Made by a program: the position numbers and the translations under genes. DNA of 64,000 nt from Vicugna vicugna. Its lineage: Eukaryota. The DNA is taken from the NCBI GenBank assembly GCA_013265495.1, contig MU057848.1, forward strand, positions 1 through 64,000, in the 5' to 3' direction. This document shows, one piece after another, positions 62,568-64,000 of the stretch (the first letter of the stretch is position 1; every line of letters starts with the position of its first letter). The notes under the pieces are model-generated. The model made no database searches. It was not told the DNA's origin and worked only from the letters and a program-made list of their open reading frames with translations.

Positions 62568-63432
62568 TAATTAATTGAAGTTGATTTACAATGTTTTGTT
62601 AATTTCTGGTGTACAGCATAGTTACACATCTATCTTCAGTTATACATCTTCTTTTTCATGTTCTTTGTCATTATAGGCTGTTCCAAGATCTTGAATGCAG
62701 ATCCCTGTGCTGTGCAGGAGGACCCTGTTGTTTGTCTCTTTTGTATATACTAGTGTGTATTTGCTAATCCCAAACTCCTGATTTATCCCCCTCATTTCCC
62801 CTTTGGTAACCATAAGTTTGTTTTCTATGTCAGTGAGTCTCTTTCTGTTTCATAAATAAGTTCACCTGTGTCCTTCTTTTAGACTCCACATAGAAGTGAT
62901 ATCATATGATATTTGTCTTTCTCTGACTTACTTAGTATGATCATCTCCAGGTCCATCCTTGTTGCTGCAAATGGCATTATTTATCTCATTCTTTTCTATG
63001 GCTGAGTAGTATTCCATTGTATACATATACACCACATCTTTTTTATCCATTCATCTGTCCAGGAACATTTAGGCTGCTTCCACATCTTGGCTACTGTAAA
63101 TAGCACTTCTGTGAACATTGGGGTGCACATATCTTTTTGGATTAGAATTTTCTCCAGATATATGCCAGGAATAGGATTGTTGGATCATATGTTAACTCTA
63201 GTTTTTAAAAGAATCACCATACTGTTTTCCATAGTGGCTACACTAAATTACACTCCCAGCATTTACCGTTTGTGGACTTTTTAATGATGGCCATTCTGAC
63301 TGGTGCAGGTGATCACTCATTGCAGTTTTGATTTGCATTTCGCTTATAATTAATGATATGTAGCATCTTTTCATGTGCCTATTGGCCATCGCTATGTCTT
63401 CATTGGAGAAATGTCTACTTAGGGTTTTGTTC
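62568..63432 (-). mobile_element. 5'-truncated LINE-1 (3' UTR plus ORF2 C-terminus)
   Basis: ttaattgaagttgatttacaatgttttgttaatttctggtgtacagcatag..atggctgagtagtattccattg..gatggccattctgactggtg..tcatgtgcctattggccatc..ggagaaatgtctacttagg. Confidence 0.95.
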
Positions 63433-64000
63433 TGGGGGTTTGGGGAGGCTGGCTTTTAAAGGGAAGGATGGTGGTTACTAATCATCCGTCACAATGAGAA
63501 CTGTTGTTTCGAGGACCTCAGAGGGAGCCTGAGCTCAGCATGCCCGTCCTCGCCTCCAGGAGCTGGGGCTGCTGTGGGAAAGAAAAGCCAGTCCATGGAA
63601 ACTGCACCTGTCACAGGCACATTCGGGGAGTCTCCTTCCCATTAATCAAGCTGTTGTCTCCTGACTTGTCAGAAAACCGTCTAGATGTGTTTGAGCCTAT
63701 CGGCCAGGTGGAGCTGGGCAGCCCCACCGGCTGCTTTCCTTGAGGGTGGCCAGATGGCTGTGTTCAGGGTGACCTGAGAGAAGGAAGGGGTTCTCTTCCT
63801 GTTTTCCTGAACAGGAGAAAAGTGCAACAAACCGACAAATCCCCGCTACTGAGGGTATCAGAGAAGCCAACGGCACACCTGCCTACGGCCTCAGAGCATG
63901 CAGGGCAGCTCTGCTATTTTTGTCCAGTTAAACACTGGCATCTGGGCAGCTGGCCGCTCAAGGTACAACAAGTCAACAGAGGAGAAAATTAAAGCCCAAA

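Noticed and set aside
1..64000. L1 strand bias as evidence for a host transcription unit
   Set aside because: L1 fragments occur in both orientations in similar numbers, so no direction of transcription can be inferred.
1..64000. A novel multi-gene system
   Set aside because: No host coding gene, intact retroelement, viral insert or RNA gene was recognisable; remaining ORFs are short and consistent with chance in GC-rich DNA.

Overview
This is mammalian non-coding genomic DNA (intergenic or a large intron), not prokaryotic. It is most likely from a camelid, inferred from five copies of a tRNA-derived SINE resembling camelid vic-1 and a recurring cetartiodactyl-type LINE-1 3' UTR. I could not recognise any host protein-coding exon, RNA gene, CRISPR array or operon-like system. 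The only ORFs with recognisable homology are fragments of LINE-1 ORF2p. The window is a mosaic of 5'-truncated L1s of several ages (many with visible target-site duplications), MaLR/ERV solo LTRs, L2/MIR relics, non-autonomous DNA transposons and simple repeats. The most notable structures are an apparently perfect 303-bp tandem duplication (22312-22917), a degenerate interstitial telomeric tract (3452-3546), nested and target-site-reusing L1 insertions, an antisense/sense L1 junction (~42155), several L1s truncated at the same G-rich 3' UTR tract, a 357-bp polypyrimidine tract, and an apparent left-to-right fall in CpG/GC. I found no support for a novel biological system. Repeat subfamily names are recognised by eye and need Dfam/RepeatMasker confirmation.
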